A DNA stretch of 64,000 nucleotides from Moniliella sp. 'wahieum' (taxonomy: Eukaryota), in the NCBI GenBank assembly GCA_003971905.1, contig RSEE01000006.1, forward strand, positions 124,001-188,000. Direction: 5' to 3'. Made by a program: the position numbers and the translations under genes. Each line of letters opens with the position of its first letter. The first letter of the stretch is position 1. Below the pieces are notes generated by a model, which saw only the letters and a program-made list of their open reading frames with translations, ran no database searches and was not told where the DNA came from. Below are positions 59,807-64,000 of this stretch, piece after piece.

Positions 59807-62724
59807 TCACGCATCACGCCTCCGCTTCAGATTTGCCTTTTCGCGCTCGTGCTTCTTCTGCTCTGACCTCTCTGTCTGGAGATCGGACATGATGCGGTCA
59901 ATGTGCGTCTTTGTAGCGCGCATATTTCCTCTTGCTGCTCCTTCTCCTTGATCGATGCTGTGAAGCGTGCATCGCGGCGCAGTTCGCGGATCGTCGACTT
60001 GCGCTCCTTCCTGTGCAACGCACGCAGCTTGCTCGCCTCGGCGCGCTCGGGATCGGGGTCGGTCGAGACGCCCGATACAGAAACTTGGGTGCGTGCATCT
60101 CGAGTGCCTTGGCGCGGTGCGCCTGCAGACGGAGGAAGCGCCGACGCGACTGGGCAAGGCCCACTCGCCTGTCCAACCCTTGAGCCAGCGCAGGTAGCTC
60201 GGGCCCAGCTGCCTTGCCTGCGCCCTTGACCAAGCTCACCAGGGGACGGAAGAGATCAACGTACGCTTCGCATCCCGTGTAGAGCCGAGCGAATACTTCG
60301 ATCAATTTGGCTGCTTGCGATAGAAGTTGGGCTCCAGCGGGCGGTCCCTCCCCCTTCCAGGCCAGCAGATTCACCAAGTCCACGCGCTTCCTCCATCCTG
60401 CCTCACCCTCAATCAATGAAGCCTCGTCCATGGCAGCAGAGACTTTGGCCTTTCGCTTGGGCTGCAGAGAAGTGAGTGCCGCCAGGTCGTCCTGGGAAAC
60501 AGCCATGCCGTACTCGGCCGCAGAATGGAGGGCAGCGAGACGGTCCGTGTCGGAGAGAGGCACCAGACCCAAAAGAACCAAATGTAAGAATTGAGCGCCT
60601 CGGGTACGATCCGCTTGCTCTCCTTCTCAAAGGACGCGGAGAGAGAGACGAGGTAGAGCCCGGCGGCCGTGTCTGAGACAGCTGAGGCAGGACGAATCCG
60701 GGCATGAGCCAAGTACTGGGCCATGAGGATCTGGGCCGATGTTGATACAGGGTGGGAGCGATCGGAGGTGGGCCAGATTAGCCCAACGAGACGCAGGAAG
60801 GAGAGTTCAGAAAACGATGGCCAGGTTCGCCCGCTCCTCCCTGTCGCCGCAGCAGCAAGGCCACGGGTTAGGTTGCGCTGCATCAGTGTAAGTTTGGTGC
60901 AGAAAATGTGAGCCGCCGTCTCGGGGAAGAGCTTGGAAAGATCAAGGATGTGAGGCAGGAGCGTGTTGAGAAGAGAAACTGCCTCCTTACTGCTCACCTC
61001 CGTCTCACTCCCACTGGCGGACTCCTGCGCTTGTGCACCAAGGTAGAGAACATGATCCACTAGGATCTCGAGGAACGTTTCGGTGTGCTCCCGGTTCTGC
61101 GGGCCAAGACTGGGATTGTACAAGGTTCGGATCCGCTTAATCACTGTTGGCACCTGTTGGGTCTCAACGTTATGCTCTTGAAGTAAGGCAAGGAAGTCGC
61201 CATGCGTCTCGGGAGCAGGGAATGTGTAGGGAAGTTGGCTCGTTTCCTTTTTCGAGCCGGACGGGGCCTGTTTGCTTGAAGCACCGACGGGCCTCAGCCT
61301 CGCCACCAGCCACGACCTCCTCGTCCGAGTCCATGTCCTCCCCTGGTTTGGACAGGCCCTCCAAGTCGGCCAAGTCATTATAATTGTGTTCGTGGTTCTC
61401 GATCTCCTCTTCGTCATTATGAGGAACCAGTCGTCCGTCTGCGTCGTCGGAGGTATCCTCCTCCTCTTCAGAACCCGATTCTGCACGACCGAGACCTTGT
61501 CCCAGACCGTAGACCTCTCCTGCCGAGACACCCTCAAGGATAAAGTCGTCATCCAAATCATCAGCACCACGCTCGTGACGCTCCAAAAGCTTGGCACGCT
61601 TCCGCTTGCCCGCTCCCGTCGCAGTGCTTCATCCTCCGCAGCTGCCTCGTCATCCGAGTCGCCACGCATGCGTCGTAACCGTTCACGCTCAGCAGCTTGA
61701 AGTCGCTCTGCCTCCTCTGCCGCCCGCTCCTCGTCCGTCTTCATCCGCGTTCCGTTGGCTGGGCCCTTCGTCATACACCAAACTGCGATACAGTGCATCG
61801 TACGTGCTCCCCCCATCGGCCGGCATGGCATTAGCGCCGGTCGCTGGGTCTCAGTGTAGGTACAGTAGATGGCACAGGCGCCTCGCTGGGGCGAGTCGGA
61901 AGGGGGCGCATTGCCAGAAGATCGTTCTTAATGTCATCCAGAGCATCGTCCAGCTCATACCGCGTCTCCTCTTGTTCCCCGCGCCTTTTGCCGCTCGTAC
62001 TTGGCATTCTCTGGACTTGAGCATAACCTCCGCCATGATCTCCTCCTTACTCCGCGGCTTTCCCTCTGCGTCTTCCCTGGCCACACCTTCCGGCAACTCG
62101 TCGTCAAAGGGGTTGTAGGTTGTTGGGCACCTGCTTCCTCCTCATCGTCGGTACCCAGTCCGGCACCAAGAACACAATCGTCCATGCCCGATAAGCTTTG
62201 GCCAAAGTGGGTCAACCCTTCGTCCTCCGAGTCATCAAGGTTAAACAGGCTCGCCTTGCCCGCGGCGGCGGTGGCAGAGCCACTTGTGAGCTGTCGTTTG
62301 CGTTCGGCAGTAAAACGTTCGAGCATGCGCTGCTCCACCGACATGTTGGGGTTGTTCTCGCCGAACCGGCGATCGACAAACGCCCGCGCTTGTGCCGGTC
62401 CTGCAGCTGCGGCAGCAGCTGGGCCTTCCGTGCGGCTATGGCAGCTGACTTGGAATCAGCCGGCCGGCCGACGGTACCCTTGGCGTTCTTGTGTTGGATG
62501 CTGGCGCGGGTGAGAATGTCGCGCTTCTGCTTGGTAACTTTGGTGTCAAACGTGCTGGCAAACGCATCGCCCAGGGCGGAGCGTGCCTCGAGGCGTGTGC
62601 GCGCCTTGGCGTTCGCGCCGGAGGCAGACGAGCGCTTCTTCCCCTCGGACGGACCTCCCCGCAGGCCATCGCTAACCGCTCGGTTCTTGAGCTGGGCCAG
62701 CTGGGAGCCTCCCTTCTTGGCCAT
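59807..62724 (-). CDS. NOP14: Nucleolar protein Nop14 (SSU processome); frameshifted
   Basis: GSQLAQLK, FDTKVTKQK.DIL, DRRFGENNPNMSVEQRMLERF, LFNLDD...LTHFGQSL, RSKEEIMAEVMLKS, KTDEERAAEEAERL, LPYTFPAP, WPTSDRSHPV, SKRIVPEALN, KERKSTIRELRRDARF. Confidence 0.9.
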
Positions 62725-62951
62725 GGCTGTGGTGTGGGACGCCCAAGCGGTTGATGCTGATGTGCAAGGTGGATATTTTTTTGGGCCACAACGGATCGGT
62801 GCAAGTGCGGTCGACTGCCAGTTTCAATTTCCGACCACTTTTTTTTTTAATTACTTGCTGCCCCCTCTCGGGTCGATCTCAGGCCCGCTGGAGGAAGGGA
62901 GGCCATCCGCTTGCGACAGACCACCATCTCCACCGCGTCGTTCCCGAGAGG

Positions 62952-64000
62952 ATGGACTCGGCCGCTAATTCGCGCATCGCTCGCTCCCATGCCGCCCAGG
63001 ACCGCATTGAAGCCAAGCTGAAGGCCGCGCGTGAGCGGGCTGCGGCCAAGGCAGCTCCCCCGGCCCAGGACGGCCATGAGGAGGACCAAGCCCCCGGCGC
63101 AGCTCCTGTTTCCCCTCCCATCCTGCTGCCCTGCCCGCCCACCTTCCCTCCGACGAGTCTGATACAAAGCCGCAATCATTCGGAGAGCTGGGCATCACCC
63201 CTCCTCTCGTCCGTTCGCTTTCCAACCTGGCCATCACCGTCCCCACCGACATTCAAGCGCTTACCATCCCTGCCATTCTGGCTGGCGGGAGGGATGTTGT
63301 GGGCGGAGCCCAGACGGGTGCCGGTAAGACCCTCTGTTTTGCTCTGCCGATATTACAACGCCTGGCTGCCGACCCCGTCGCTGGATTTGCCCTTATCCTC
63401 ACCCCGACGCGCGAACTGGCCATGCAGCTGCACCAGCAATTCGTAGCTGTAGCCCAGGGTATCCGGCCGCCGCTTGGCTTGCACTCGGCTCTTGTGGTGG
63501 GTGGGTTGGACCAGCTCAAGCAAGCGTCAACGTTGGCGAACGTGCGCCCGCATGTCATCATCGCCACCCCGGGTCGACTGGTGGACTTGCTGCGGAGCAG
63601 TGGCAACGGATACAATGGCCTACTGTCGCGTTGCCGCTTCGTCGTCCTGGACGAGGCAGACCTGCTCTTGACGCCTTCTTTCGCTCCTGAATTGGCCTAT
63701 TTGTTCCAGGAGGCTCTGCCGCCTGCCAAGCAGAGGCAAACGCTCCTCTTCACCGCTACCTTGACCGAGTCGATTGATGCGCTGGTTGCGAAGAATGCGA
63801 CACGCGCCTCTGACGAGGGCAAGTTGCCACCGCTTGTTTGCAAGATTGATCAGGCTACCTCCACCCCCAAGGAGTTGATTCAGCGCTACATTCTCGTTCC
63901 TTCACATATGCGTGAACCCCACCTTTATCATATGCTGCGCCATTCGCCGGCCTTGCGCCAACTGATGCGCAGGCCAAAGGAGCGCTCCTCGGATTCTGGC
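62952..64000 (+). CDS. DBP8: DEAD-box RNA helicase, Dbp8/DDX49-like; runs off the window end
   Basis: Q motif FGELG...PTDIQ, AQTGAGKT, FALPILQRLAADP, FALILTPTRELA, VVGG, IIATPGRLVD, VVLDEAD, RQTLLFTATLT, QRYILVPSH. Confidence 0.85.

Noticed and set aside
88..64000. Pervasive frameshifts suggesting mass pseudogenisation or programmed frameshifting
   Set aside because: They hit essential genes (GRS1, NOP14, DBP8) and the two LTR copies alike while motifs stay intact, which fits long-read indel error.

Overview
Eukaryotic, GC-rich fungal genomic DNA, probably a basidiomycete (short, sparse GT-AG introns with CTRAC branch points; taxon is inference). Single-base indels break almost every gene, including essential ones, so this looks like an unpolished long-read assembly: gene ends are approximate and frameshifts are not evidence of pseudogenes. 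Genes in order: glycyl-tRNA synthetase, UDP-glucose dehydrogenase, GPALPP1/DUF3752-like, TBC RabGAP, a hypothetical gene, a spliced 53-aa zinc-ribbon microprotein, an Nrg1-like C2H2 factor, a Sec7-PH ARF-GEF, an intronic snR63-like C/D snoRNA, TOP1, YIH1/IMPACT, Rictor/AVO3, a NIMA kinase and an aspartic protease. An accessory block follows with two divergent EEVD-less Hsp70s, a 5'-truncated CRE-like non-LTR retroelement and a young chromoviral LTR element. The window ends with head-to-head NOP14 and DBP8. The most striking observations are: (1) a pervasive non-coding 7-bp grammar, TNA-[4-bp palindrome]-TNA, whose core changes in register within arrays; (2) a 3.66-kb LTR element with TSD, near-identical LTRs and a self-priming PBS that encodes Gag and integrase-chromodomain but no protease, RT or RNase H, inserted 21 bp upstream of an Hsp70 TATA box; (3) tandem Hsp70s with remodelled substrate-binding domains.
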